Shown here in pieces: positions 1 to 9,124 of a DNA stretch of 64,000 nt; position 1 is the stretch's first letter, and every line of letters starts with the position of its first letter. A program made the position numbers and the translations under genes. Below the pieces are notes generated by a model. That model had not been told where the DNA came from. It ran no database searches and saw only the letters and a list, made by a program, of their open reading frames with translations. The stretch spans positions 1,187-65,186 of the forward strand of contig CACOBG010000004.1 in NCBI GenBank assembly GCA_902625415.1, read 5' to 3'. Source of the DNA: an uncultured SAR86 cluster bacterium (GTDB lineage Bacteria; Pseudomonadota; Gammaproteobacteria; Magnimaribacterales; AG-339-G14).

Positions 1-492
1 TACATCCGAACAACGATCCCCGAGACGATCTAAACGTTCTTCATCACCGATGAACAGTTTTGATTCACTATTGGTAATACCATATTCGAGTTCATCACCT
101 TGCCACCATGAATTTAGTGGAACAACAATTCCTCCGATTGAAGTGATGGCCATGTAACAAAACATCCACTCGGGATAGTTACGCATGGAAAAAGAAACTT
201 TATCTCCTTTCCCAATACCATAAGTATTTTGTAAGACATTACCTAATTGATTAGCTCTTGCAAATGTCTCTGGATAAGTAATTCGATCCTCTTCATAAAT
301 GATATGTTCCCAATCACCATGCATGAGACCAATTTCATAAAATTCCCTGAGATTGTTGGGAGCTTCAGCAAAAACGTGGTATTCGTTACCTCTGACTATA
401 TCTTTTTTTAACGACAGCATACCTTCAGCTGTCACTTGCTCTAAAACAGCTAGACGATTAGCTGGATCGATAAAATCCATTGCATTTGTCAT
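1..492 (-). CDS. AMP-dependent acyl-CoA synthetase/ligase, N-terminal fragment (gene continues beyond window start)
   Basis: Absent from the ORF track because there is no stop inside the window. Hand translation of the minus strand from ATG 492-490 gives MTNAMDFIDPANRLAVLEQVTAEGMLSLKKDIVRGNEYHVFAEAPNNLREFYEIGLMHGDWEHIIYEEDRITYPETFARANQLGNVLQNTYGIGKGDKVSFSMRNYPEWMFCYMAITSIGGIVVPLNSWW..., open through position 1. The pattern is typical of the N-terminal part of adenylate-forming acyl-CoA ligases. It lies 2 nt upstream of a crotonase gene. Confidence 0.6.
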   Translation of the reverse strand, partial: MTNAMDFIDPANRLAVLEQVTAEGMLSLKKDIVRGNEYHVFAEAPNNLREFYEIGLMHGDWEHIIYEEDRITYPETFARANQLGNVLQNTYGIGKGDKVSFSMRNYPEWMFCYMAITSIGGIVVPLNSWWQGDELEYGITNSESKLFIGDEERLDRLGDRCSDV

Positions 493-494
493 AA

Positions 495-1319
495 CTACTT
501 TCCTGTGAAGTTTGCAGGACGCTTTTCAATGAAATGTTTTACACCTTCCTTGAAATCTTCTGAACCAAAACTTTTTACCATCTCTTCCATAGACGATTCA
601 AGATTGGTTTTTATGTCTTCACCCAAAGCAGTATAGATTTGACGTTTCATGATTTGCACTGATCTTGGAGAGACATTCTGCGCAATATCCTCTGCATAAG
701 TCATAACATCTTCCATGAAACTTTCCGCAGGAAAACAACGATTTACTAAACCAATACGTTCAGCTTCTTTGGCGTCAAATTTTCTAGCTGTCATCATGAT
801 ATCCATTGTATGGGCAACACCAATGATTCTCGGCAGTATCCAACCTACGCCCCATTCAGCAATGAGTCCTCTTTTGGAAAAAGCTGTTGAGAACACGGCA
901 TCCTCAGAGGCAACACGCATGTCACAATACAGAGACATAATTAAACCAACACCTGCAGCAGGACCATTGATGGCTGCAATTATGGGCTTTGGCACTGAAG
1001 GAAAATAACTGTAAGTGCCTTCCCATTCAGACAAACCATTGGTTTCATAGTTTCGGTCTTCAGGTTGGTCAGGATTTTCTTCTCGATTGTTAGCTGAAAT
1101 ATCGGAAAGACTATCCATATCAGCACCAGCACTAAAACCTCTACCCGAGCCAGTAAGTACAATGACTTTTACATCATCGTCTTTACAAGCATCATCAATT
1201 TTTTCTTTCAGTCTGGCAGTCAACTCGCCAGTGATTGCGTTAAGTCTATCCGGACGATTAAGTGAAATTAAAGCCACTCCCGAATCTTTCTTGTCATATA
1301 AAACTACTTCGTTACTCAT
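495..1319 (-). CDS. Enoyl-CoA hydratase/isomerase (crotonase) family protein
   Basis: 274 aa. Crotonase signatures LTGSGRGFSAGADM and AAINGPAAGVGL; C-terminal FIEKRPANFTGK. Confidence 0.88.
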   Translation of the reverse strand: MSNEVVLYDKKDSGVALISLNRPDRLNAITGELTARLKEKIDDACKDDDVKVIVLTGSGRGFSAGADMDSLSDISANNREENPDQPEDRNYETNGLSEWEGTYSYFPSVPKPIIAAINGPAAGVGLIMSLYCDMRVASEDAVFSTAFSKRGLIAEWGVGWILPRIIGVAHTMDIMMTARKFDAKEAERIGLVNRCFPAESFMEDVMTYAEDIAQNVSPRSVQIMKRQIYTALGEDIKTNLESSMEEMVKSFGSEDFKEGVKHFIEKRPANFTGK

Positions 1320-2077
1320 TAGACTACTGTGCCTCCATCTATTACTAAAGTGTGTCCATTTACAAAGCTTCCTGCTTGGGAAGCCAAAAATACTGCCGCA
1401 CCACCAATTTCATCCGGTTCACCTATTCTTTTCATAGGACAAGTGGCAGTAGATTGTTTCAAAATTTCTGGATTTTCCCAAAGTGCTTTCGCAAAGTCCG
1501 TTCTAAAGAGTCCGGGAGCGATAGCATTGGTTCTGATGTTGTACTGACCAAATTCCAAAGCATAGTTCTTCACAAGCATGATATCTGCTGCTTTGGAAAT
1601 GTTGTAAGCGCCTATGACTGGGCTTGCATTTAAGCCTCCAATAGAAGAAACAATAATAATACTTCCATCTTTGCGTTCCATCATTTCTGGAATAACCATC
1701 TGACAAAGGTTGTGATTAGCTTTGATATTGTTATTCATGATTTTTTCAAAGGCATCATCGGGAATGTCTTTAATGGAACCAAAGAAAGGATTACTTGCTG
1801 CATTGCAAACCAAAATATCTATTTGGCCCAATTGCGATCTGGTTTCTTCAACCAGCATCTCCAAAGCCGTTTTATCTGAGATATTGCATGGAATGACAAT
1901 TGCTTTTCCAGGAAAACCCATGGAATTTATTTCTTCCGCCGTAGCCTCACAGACATCTGCCTTTCGACTTGAAATGACTACATTGGCTCCTTGTTGGGCC
2001 ATTGCAGCAGCAATGGATTTTCCAATTCCCTTTGATGAACCAGTGATAATGGCGTTTTTTCCAGTTAAATCAAACAT
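1319..2077 (-). CDS. SDR family oxidoreductase (3-oxoacyl reductase-like)
   Basis: 252 aa. TGSSKGIGKSIA dinucleotide motif, NAAS, YNISKAA (YxxxK). 1-nt overlap with the downstream crotonase gene. Confidence 0.85.
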   Translation of the reverse strand: MFDLTGKNAIITGSSKGIGKSIAAAMAQQGANVVISSRKADVCEATAEEINSMGFPGKAIVIPCNISDKTALEMLVEETRSQLGQIDILVCNAASNPFFGSIKDIPDDAFEKIMNNNIKANHNLCQMVIPEMMERKDGSIIIVSSIGGLNASPVIGAYNISKAADIMLVKNYALEFGQYNIRTNAIAPGLFRTDFAKALWENPEILKQSTATCPMKRIGEPDEIGGAAVFLASQAGSFVNGHTLVIDGGTVV

Positions 2078-2095
2078 AGTATCTTCTCCTTGAAT

Positions 2096-2887
2096 TTATT
2101 TGCCTTTCCAATTTGGCAATCTTTTTTCAGCAAATGCGACAGGTCCTTCAATAAAGTCTTCACTACCGAACAATTCTTTAACTGCAGAGTAATGCGCTTT
2201 CATTGATTTCTCTAAGTCTGGCTCATTGAAATTTTCATAGGCAACTTGTTTAGTTGCTCTGATGGACATTGGAGAACATTCTTCAATTTGTTTCGCCCAA
2301 GCTTTAGCAGCAGAGATGAGGTTTTCAGGCTCAACCACTTCATTAACAAAGCCAAGACGCATACCTTCCTCAGCAGAGACGTGTCTACCGGTTAGCATCA
2401 TACCAAGAGCATTTTTCATTCCAATTTGTCTTGGGAGTCTTTGCATACCACCAGCAAGTGCAGCAAGACCAACCTTAGGTTCTGGCAAAGCAAATTTTGC
2501 ATTGGTTGAAGCCACAATCAAATCACAGGCGAGAGCTATCTCAAAGCCACCACCCATGGAAACACCATTTACTGCAGCAATCAGAGGTTTGGTTAAATTG
2601 AATCTTGAAGTTAATCCAGCGAAACCTGAAGAGGCCATATTGATATCCATTTTTCCGCCAGCTTCAGCTTGGAACTTAAGATCGTTTCCTGCCGAAAAAG
2701 CACGATCGCCTTCGCCGGTGACAATACCAACCCAGAGATTTTCGTCTTTATCAAATTCATTCCAAACTTCATCAAATTCTGCGTGCGCAGGTGGATGCAA
2801 AGCATTCATTCTGTCCGGTCTATTTATGGTGACGGTTAAGATGTGACCGTCGATCTCGGTTTTTAAAAATTCGTAATCCGTTTTCAT
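2096..2887 (-). CDS. Enoyl-CoA hydratase/isomerase family protein
   Basis: 263 aa. VTGEGDRAFSAGNDL and AAVNGVSMGGGFEIALACD crotonase motifs; C-terminal FAEKRLPNWKGK. Confidence 0.88.
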   Translation of the reverse strand: MKTDYEFLKTEIDGHILTVTINRPDRMNALHPPAHAEFDEVWNEFDKDENLWVGIVTGEGDRAFSAGNDLKFQAEAGGKMDINMASSGFAGLTSRFNLTKPLIAAVNGVSMGGGFEIALACDLIVASTNAKFALPEPKVGLAALAGGMQRLPRQIGMKNALGMMLTGRHVSAEEGMRLGFVNEVVEPENLISAAKAWAKQIEECSPMSIRATKQVAYENFNEPDLEKSMKAHYSAVKELFGSEDFIEGPVAFAEKRLPNWKGK

Positions 2888-3011
2888 ATTTTCTCCCTAA
2901 AAAGTGGACCTTAATCTTAATAAAGGTTAACGCTTGAGTCCATAGGAGATGGGTTACTTTATTTTTTCTTCAAAACTGCAATAATGCTAGTCACTTTTTT
3001 GAGGAGAGTTT

Positions 3012-3779
3012 ATGAATATACAAGATAAAGTTGCCGTAATTACCGGTGGTGCATCTGGACTGGGTTTGGCTACTGCCAAGGCATTAAAAGAAAAAGGCGC
3101 AAAATTAATGTTGTTGGATTTAAATGAAGATAATGCCAAGGCAGCGGTTGCAGAATTGGGTGATGATGCTGATTACTGCATTACCAATGTCATTGAGGAA
3201 GATAATGTCAAAGCCGCAATGGACAAAACTGTAGAAAAATTTGGTGCCATTCACATTCTCATCAATTGTGCTGGAATAGGAAGTGCTTCCAAAACGGTTG
3301 GCAAAGACGGTCCTCATCCATTGGATTATTTTAAGTTGGTGATCGACATAAATCTTAACGGAACCTTTAATTGCTTGAGACTTGCTGCTGAAGTCATGGG
3401 AAAAAACGAACCTGAACAAGATAACGAATGTGGGGTTATTATCAATACGGCCTCTGTTGCCGCTTTTGACGGACAAATTGGTCAAGCTGCTTATAGTGCA
3501 AGTAAAGGTGGAGTTGTTGGTATGACCTTACCCATAGCAAGAGACTTAGCAAGAATGGGAATTAGGAACAACACCATTGCTCCAGGAATTTTTGATACAC
3601 CTCTGATGGCAATGGCACCCGATGCAGTAAGAAACCCTCTTATTGAAATGACGCAATTTCCAAAACGTTTGGGTAACCCTGATGAATTTGCGATGTTGGC
3701 AACACAAATAATTGAAAATCCATTTCTTAATGGTGAGACGATTCGTCTCGACGGTGGAATCAGGATGCAACCGAAATAA
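3012..3779 (+). CDS. 3-hydroxyacyl-CoA dehydrogenase type 2-like SDR (HSD17B10/FadB2 type)
   Basis: 255 aa. ITGGASGLGLAT, INTASVAAFDGQIGQAAYSASKGGVVGMTLPIARDL and ENPFLNGETIRLDGGIRMQP closely follow the remembered type-2 hydroxyacyl-CoA dehydrogenase sequence. SD GAGGAG lies upstream. Confidence 0.85.
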   Translation: MNIQDKVAVITGGASGLGLATAKALKEKGAKLMLLDLNEDNAKAAVAELGDDADYCITNVIEEDNVKAAMDKTVEKFGAIHILINCAGIGSASKTVGKDGPHPLDYFKLVIDINLNGTFNCLRLAAEVMGKNEPEQDNECGVIINTASVAAFDGQIGQAAYSASKGGVVGMTLPIARDLARMGIRNNTIAPGIFDTPLMAMAPDAVRNPLIEMTQFPKRLGNPDEFAMLATQIIENPFLNGETIRLDGGIRMQPK

Positions 3780-3781
3780 AT

Positions 3782-4666
3782 ATGAAACTAGTAACTTATT
3801 CCAATAGCGATATGCCGGCAATTGGGGCATTGCTCGATGGCAGCATTTGTCCTTTTACCAACGATTCTTCTTTACCAAACGAAATGAAAGCATTTCTTGA
3901 GGGCGGAGAAGTGAACATGAATAAGGCGACAGACTTGCTTGAAAAGGCAGAAAATTTAATACCTGTGGATTCGGTTACTTTGTTGTCTCCAATCCTAAAT
4001 CCTCAAAAAATTCTCGCTATTGGTTTAAATTATGCTGATCACGTTAAAGAATCTGGGATGGAAACTCCTAAGATTCCCATGGTCTTTAATAAGCAATCCT
4101 CTTCGGTAACTGGTCACAATAGTGTTATTCATTTGCCAAGGGCTTCAGAAGCTTTGGACTATGAAGCAGAAATGGCGTTTGTGATTGGTAAGCAATGCCG
4201 ACATGTTTCTAAAGATGAAGCAGCATCTGTGATTGCAGGAATCACCATATGTAACGATGTCAGTGTTAGAGATTGGCAATTGGCTGTCCCCACTTTTACC
4301 ATGGGCAAAAGCTTTGATACGCATTGTCCTTTGGGACCTTGTTTAGTAACCATGGATGAAATTGGCGATCCGCATAACTTGGATATCAAACTTTTCTTAA
4401 ATGGCGAAGAAAAACAAAATTCCAATACCAAGGAACTCGTTTTTAACTGTTACGATTTGATCGAACATTTATCTACAGCCTTTACGCTTATGCCGGGTGA
4501 TGTTGTACCTACTGGAACTCCAGGTGGTGTATTGGGCGTTGAAGTCATGGCAGGGAGAGCAAGTTGGCTTCAAGAGGGTGATGAAATCAAAATTGAACTG
4601 GAAAAAGTAGGAACTCTTAGCAATAAAGTTGTTAAAGAACCGGATTCGACCAAATTCATCGCTTAG
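3782..4666 (+). CDS. Fumarylacetoacetate hydrolase (FAH) family protein
   Basis: 294 aa. AIGLNYADHV, DYEAEMAFVIGK and GDVVPTGTPGGV are typical of the FAH-fold hydratase/decarboxylase family. Starts 2 nt after the SDR stop. Confidence 0.85.
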   Translation: MKLVTYSNSDMPAIGALLDGSICPFTNDSSLPNEMKAFLEGGEVNMNKATDLLEKAENLIPVDSVTLLSPILNPQKILAIGLNYADHVKESGMETPKIPMVFNKQSSSVTGHNSVIHLPRASEALDYEAEMAFVIGKQCRHVSKDEAASVIAGITICNDVSVRDWQLAVPTFTMGKSFDTHCPLGPCLVTMDEIGDPHNLDIKLFLNGEEKQNSNTKELVFNCYDLIEHLSTAFTLMPGDVVPTGTPGGVLGVEVMAGRASWLQEGDEIKIELEKVGTLSNKVVKEPDSTKFIA

Positions 4667-4669
4667 TAT

Positions 4670-5149
4670 TTGAAACTTTTCTTTTTAAGGCACGCTAAGT
4701 CCGATTGGGGAAATCCCTCATTGAAAGACTTTGACCGACCTCTCAATAAAAGAGGTTTGAGAAATGCCCCTTTAATGGGAAAGAAATTACACCATTATTT
4801 TCCAGAAAATCTAAAAGTAATTTCCAGTCCTGCTAAAAGAACCAAAGAAACTTTAGAATTATTTTTTACCGACTATGAAAGAAATTTTTCCATTATATTT
4901 GATGATGCCCTTTATCACGGTTCGCCAATAAATTATCTAGAGCATGTGATCAATAACGATAGCGATGAAGCAATTCTATTTATCGGTCACAATCCTGGAA
5001 TATCCGAATGTGCTTCGCAGTTCTCTCCCGAACCTATTTTTTTCCCCACTTGCGCTTGTGCAGGTTTTTCAATCAATGCCGCATCTATAAAAGAAAATAA
5101 TTTTCATTTAGCGGAGAAAATTTTTTATCACTATCCAAAAGAAATGTGA
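4670..5149 (+). CDS. sixA: SixA-like histidine phosphatase superfamily protein (phosphohistidine phosphatase type)
   Basis: 159 aa, TTG start. N-terminal FLRHAKSDW (RHG motif) and FIGHNPG motif; size matches SixA. Confidence 0.6.
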   Translation: MKLFFLRHAKSDWGNPSLKDFDRPLNKRGLRNAPLMGKKLHHYFPENLKVISSPAKRTKETLELFFTDYERNFSIIFDDALYHGSPINYLEHVINNDSDEAILFIGHNPGISECASQFSPEPIFFPTCACAGFSINAASIKENNFHLAEKIFYHYPKEM

Positions 5150-5235
5150 ATTCTTCGATAGCTAAGTTACAGAATTGAAAATTTAAATATAAAAAACTTA
5201 TTCAAAAGAACGAATATAGTAAAATATCATCACTT

Positions 5236-5934
5236 ATGAAAAAAATTCTAGTCATTGAAGACGAAGAAGACCTTAATCAGACCTTAAGTTTCAATCTTGA
5301 AAATGAGGGTTACAAGGTAACTCCTGCTCTTAAAGGTTCTGAGGCCTTGGCAATTCTAGAAAATGAATCACCTCCCGATCTAGTAATTTTAGATTTGATG
5401 CTGCCGGATATGCCAGGATTGGATATTTGTCGACATATCAGATCAAAAGAAAACCTAAAAAATATCAGCGTGATAATTGTTACCGCAAAGGGAGAGGAGG
5501 TAGACCGAGTCGTGGGTTTTGAACTCGGTGCGGATGACTATATTGTTAAGCCATACAGCGTCAGAGAATTGATGTTAAGAATTCAAGCTCAATTAAGAAG
5601 AAATGACTCAAGCGAAGTGACTGAAGAAAATTCGGAAGAGGGTAATATTTCTTTTAAAGATTTACTTATTGATAACAGTAAGCATAAGGTGTTTCTTTCT
5701 GACAAAAAAATATCTCTGACTGCAAAAGAATATACTCTTCTTAAATACCTTTTGACAAAAGCAGATAAAGTCCAAACACGAGACATTTTATTAGACAAAG
5801 TCTGGGGCTATGATAATTCTGTCACCACTCGAACCGTAGACACTCATGTCAAAAGATTGAGATCAAAATTAGGAAAATATGGAAAAAACATTGAAACCAT
5901 TCGAGGTGTCGGATATATATTTAATAAAATTTGA
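5236..5934 (+). CDS. phoB: OmpR-family response regulator, PhoB-like
   Basis: 232 aa. Receiver domain (VIEDEEDL, LDLMLPDMPG, TAKGEE) and winged-helix output (TRTVDTHVKRLRSKL, IETIRGVGY). PhoB assignment rests on adjacency to a PhoR-like kinase, ppx, ppk2, pit and Pho-box-like sites. Confidence 0.8.
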   Translation: MKKILVIEDEEDLNQTLSFNLENEGYKVTPALKGSEALAILENESPPDLVILDLMLPDMPGLDICRHIRSKENLKNISVIIVTAKGEEVDRVVGFELGADDYIVKPYSVRELMLRIQAQLRRNDSSEVTEENSEEGNISFKDLLIDNSKHKVFLSDKKISLTAKEYTLLKYLLTKADKVQTRDILLDKVWGYDNSVTTRTVDTHVKRLRSKLGKYGKNIETIRGVGYIFNKI

Positions 5935-5943
5935 TTTCAATTT

Positions 5944-7290
5944 ATGAAGCTCTCTTTAAAAATTAGAATATTTATACTGATAGTTTTTACTGTTCTTGCT
6001 TCATTCTTCATTAGCGCGATAATTTTAAGGGGAAATGAATACTTTAGTGAAAACATTATTGCTGGTATTTCTCTATTTTTGATTCTTATACTTGCCGCTG
6101 GCACTACTCTGTATCGGTTTTTAAGAGATGTTGTTGTTCAGGCTGCAAGGATAATTTCAGGACCGGACAACAATGAAGAAATTGATTCTGAATCAGCCTT
6201 TGATACTTTGAGGACATCAACTGCAGTTGTTCAAAATGAATTAGAGAGTTATTCAAAACAACTCTCATTTATCAGTAATTTATTATCAAGGATGGGTCAG
6301 GGAGTTATCTTAGTGAACGAAGATCTGAACGTGATGTATTTCAATCAGACTATTACAAAAGATTTTTTCCCAGAATTAAAAATTGGTGATGATTTATTTC
6401 AAAATATTTCTTATCCCGCGTTTAAAAAATTCATAAAGAAAGCCTGGGAAAAAGATGAATATACCAAAGAAATATCAGGTCCAAGAACAATAAAAACAGT
6501 TTATCTTGTCAGTTCGCAGAAATTTTCAAATGATAATCAACTATTAATTGTTTTTTCCGATATTTCAAAATTAAAGACCCTTGAAAAGATGCGTGAAGAC
6601 TTTATCGGTAATGTCTCACACGAATTAAGAACGCCGATTAGTGTAATAAAAGCAAATTCTGAGACTTTATTATCCACTAAATTAATCAAAGATGAGAATG
6701 CGATAAATTTTACCAAAGCAATTCAATCTCAAAGCGAAAGAATGGCGACAATTGTGAACGAGTTACTTTCAATTTCTAGTATGGAGTCAGGAGACTATCC
6801 GATTTCTCTAGATAAGCTCAATATCAAAAATATCGTTGATTCTGCCATTAAAGAATTAAGCCCTACGACTGAATCAAGTAACATAAAACTCGTAAACAAG
6901 ATCTCAGATGTAACCCATATCATTGGTGATGAATCAGCAATAAAAATAATAATTTCCAATTACATAACTAACGCAATCAAACATAGTCCCGATGATGAGA
7001 TTATTGAGATAGACAACGAAAAGATAGATAAAGATTTTTGTCGCATCAAGGTTATAGACAATGGTATAGGGATAGCTAAAAAATACCGCGAGAGAGTTTT
7101 CGAAAGATTTTTTAGAGTAGACAAAGGCAGATCTAAAAAAATTGGCGGAACAGGACTTGGGCTCTCAATTTCTAAAAATTTAGCACTGATGATGGGTTAT
7201 TCCGTTGGAGTAGAATCAAATGAACCCAAAGGATCAATTTTTTACATTGATGTAAAAATACATCAAGAAACTTCTAAGGAAGTAGCCTGA
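5944..7290 (+). CDS. phoR: Sensor histidine kinase, PhoR-like
   Basis: 448 aa. Two N-terminal TM segments, a PAS-like region, H box SHELRTPISVI, N box NYITNAIKHS, G boxes DNGIGI and GGTGLGLSI. Confidence 0.75.
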   Translation: MKLSLKIRIFILIVFTVLASFFISAIILRGNEYFSENIIAGISLFLILILAAGTTLYRFLRDVVVQAARIISGPDNNEEIDSESAFDTLRTSTAVVQNELESYSKQLSFISNLLSRMGQGVILVNEDLNVMYFNQTITKDFFPELKIGDDLFQNISYPAFKKFIKKAWEKDEYTKEISGPRTIKTVYLVSSQKFSNDNQLLIVFSDISKLKTLEKMREDFIGNVSHELRTPISVIKANSETLLSTKLIKDENAINFTKAIQSQSERMATIVNELLSISSMESGDYPISLDKLNIKNIVDSAIKELSPTTESSNIKLVNKISDVTHIIGDESAIKIIISNYITNAIKHSPDDEIIEIDNEKIDKDFCRIKVIDNGIGIAKKYRERVFERFFRVDKGRSKKIGGTGLGLSISKNLALMMGYSVGVESNEPKGSIFYIDVKIHQETSKEVA

Positions 7291-8159
7291 GAGATTTCAG
7301 CATTTTTCTTAAAAATATAGCCATCGCTTATATTCCAATTAGATGCGAAGAATTTTGCATTTTCGAAACATAATAAAATGAATTCAAAAATGTTTGCAGC
7401 GTGTTCAATGATATCTGCTCTATCCGCAGGAAAATTGTAATTAGATATTTTCTCTTCAAGAGATAATTTGCCTAGTCGGGATCTTATTTCCTGGAGTTCC
7501 TCTAAATTTAAGGAATCTTTTAAAACTCCAGCAGCTTGAATAATCTGTCTAGCATTACCTCCAATACCAATTATATTTTGTATTTGCTCAGAATTAATAT
7601 TTGCTAAAAAATTAGATAACTCTTGCCAATTTTTTTCTTTATCTAAGCCTTTTAAAATTCTTACCGCACCCAAATTGAAAGATTTAAGTTTTTCTTCATT
7701 TTTATCACAAAGGTAAAGCTCTGTGCTTCCACCACCAACATCCACTAAAAGACTTTCTGAATCGATGAATTCTTTGTAGTTAAAAAATTTTAATAATGAA
7801 GCTTCTTCATTTCCAGAGAGAATTTCAATTTCTAGATTCAATTCTTTTTTTATTTTTTTAATAATTTCTTCTCTGTTGGAAAAAGTGCGCATTGCGGAGG
7901 TGGCAAATATTCCTAGTAAAGCAGCATTCTTTTTTTTTGTATGCTTTTTTAGTTTTTTTAAAACCGTTAAAAAATCTAGATAAGTCTCATCTGTCATTTT
8001 CCCACTACTAAAAGCGTCAGACCCTAACCTTAAACTAACTCTTTTAAAGGTATCTAATTCAAGATGGCTATTCGGCAACAAACGGTATTGACGGTACTTA
8101 ATGGCATTTGAGCCGATATCTATGCAAGAAACTTTCTTAGATTGTTTATTCATCAGCAA
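7263..8159 (-). CDS. ppx: Ppx/GppA family phosphatase (short exopolyphosphatase form)
   Basis: 298 aa. ASKHA-fold motifs IDIGSNAIKY and DVGGGSTEL, no C-terminal HD-type extension. 14-nt overlap with ppk2. Confidence 0.8.
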   Translation of the reverse strand: MLMNKQSKKVSCIDIGSNAIKYRQYRLLPNSHLELDTFKRVSLRLGSDAFSSGKMTDETYLDFLTVLKKLKKHTKKKNAALLGIFATSAMRTFSNREEIIKKIKKELNLEIEILSGNEEASLLKFFNYKEFIDSESLLVDVGGGSTELYLCDKNEEKLKSFNLGAVRILKGLDKEKNWQELSNFLANINSEQIQNIIGIGGNARQIIQAAGVLKDSLNLEELQEIRSRLGKLSLEEKISNYNFPADRADIIEHAANIFEFILLCFENAKFFASNWNISDGYIFKKNAEISQATSLEVS

Positions 8160-8994
8160 AAACTCTTAAAGTTTTATACTGTTGATACGATAAATTTTCA
8201 AAAAGTACCTTATTGATTTCAACTTTGTAATTGTTCAAACCTTCTGACCAGATTTTTGGCTTGGGTAAATCTTTATCTGGATAATCAAAGGCATTCAAGA
8301 TAAATCTGAGGGCACTTAATATTGCAACTTTTTTATTATTGGCATTTAAAACTATCCATGGGGCCTCATCATATGAAGTTCTTTTGAACATTTGTTCTTT
8401 GTATAGAGTGAAGGCATCCCATTTATCAAGCATCTTCAAATCATTTTCACTTATCTTCCAATAAACTAGAGGGCTAGTAGCTCTTTTATCTATTCTTTTT
8501 TGTTGAGTATTTTTTTCAATTGAGAGATAAAACTTAAAAAATTCAACACCTTCTTCAATCTGTTTTTTTTCCCAAGGAATTACATTTTTCATGAAGTAGG
8601 TATATTGTCTTTTCGTGCAATAACCCATAGTCGCTTCAACCAACGCTCGGGTATACCAAGAACGATCGAAGAAAACAATTTCACCGGTATTGGGTAAATG
8701 CTTTTCATATCTTTTAAACCATTTTTTAGACTCTTTCTCAGTTGGCTTGCCCAAAGCAACGAGCTTACAGTGATCAGGTATCAAATACTTAGTAAGCACG
8801 GAGATGCTTCCGGTCTTACCTGCGGTATCCCTTCCTTCAAAAACCAAAGCAATCTTTCGTTTTGACTTAATAATCCAGTTTTGCAGTTTTACTAATTCAA
8901 TTAAAAGCTTTCTTTTTTCTTTCTCATAAAGCTCTTCGTTTATTCGTTTGTAATCTGGAATATCAAACTCGATCATTATTTGATTGTAAATCAA
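8146..8994 (-). CDS. ppk2: Polyphosphate kinase 2 (single-domain PPK2)
   Basis: 282 aa. FEGRDTAGKTGSI Walker A and FDRSWY lid motifs typical of PPK2. Confidence 0.85.
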   Translation of the reverse strand: MIYNQIMIEFDIPDYKRINEELYEKEKRKLLIELVKLQNWIIKSKRKIALVFEGRDTAGKTGSISVLTKYLIPDHCKLVALGKPTEKESKKWFKRYEKHLPNTGEIVFFDRSWYTRALVEATMGYCTKRQYTYFMKNVIPWEKKQIEEGVEFFKFYLSIEKNTQQKRIDKRATSPLVYWKISENDLKMLDKWDAFTLYKEQMFKRTSYDEAPWIVLNANNKKVAILSALRFILNAFDYPDKDLPKPKIWSEGLNNYKVEINKVLFENLSYQQYKTLRVFADE

Positions 8995-9013
8995 AGAAAA
9001 TTAAATAAGCAAA

Positions 9014-9035
9014 TTGTCACTTAAATGTCACAAAA
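9014..9035 (+). promoter_or_regulatory. Pho-box-like PhoB binding site upstream of the porin gene
   Basis: TTGTCAC TTAA ATGTCAC AAAA: two TGTCAC repeats (9015-9020 and 9026-9031) at exact 11-bp phasing with A/T spacers, as in the E. coli consensus CTGTCATAWAWCTGTCAY. A -10-like TATAAAAT follows at 9038-9045. The porin SD AAGGAG is at 9111-9116. Confidence 0.55.
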
Positions 9036-9124
9036 TCTATAAAATTATTTACTGTAAATGTATCTAATTTGTAATTTTCATCGTCTATGATTCTCAAATA
9101 AAAAAATCCTAAGGAGAATACTTA

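Noticed and set aside
2262-2846. Long antisense or alternative-frame ORFs from the track: 2262-2846 (194 aa), 1722-2093, 3120-3485, 1087-1437, 29990-30334, 31324-31668, 32260-32601, 48323-48664, 51603-51944 and the shorter ones.
   Set aside because: Each lies entirely inside a well-supported gene on the opposite strand or in another frame. Each translates to low-complexity, Ser/Leu/Ile-rich sequence with no motifs. They are shadow ORFs.
2908-2927. An imperfect palindrome ACCTTAATCTTAATAAAGGT in the divergent crotonase / dehydrogenase spacer as a regulator site.
   Set aside because: Only about 7 of 10 positions pair, the sequence is AT-rich so chance palindromes are expected, and no regulator gene is adjacent.
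5150-5235. A Pho box upstream of phoB.
   Set aside because: Only a vague AATATAGTAAAATATCATCAC stretch ending 4 nt before the ATG. There are no TGTCAC repeats and the position is wrong for a promoter.
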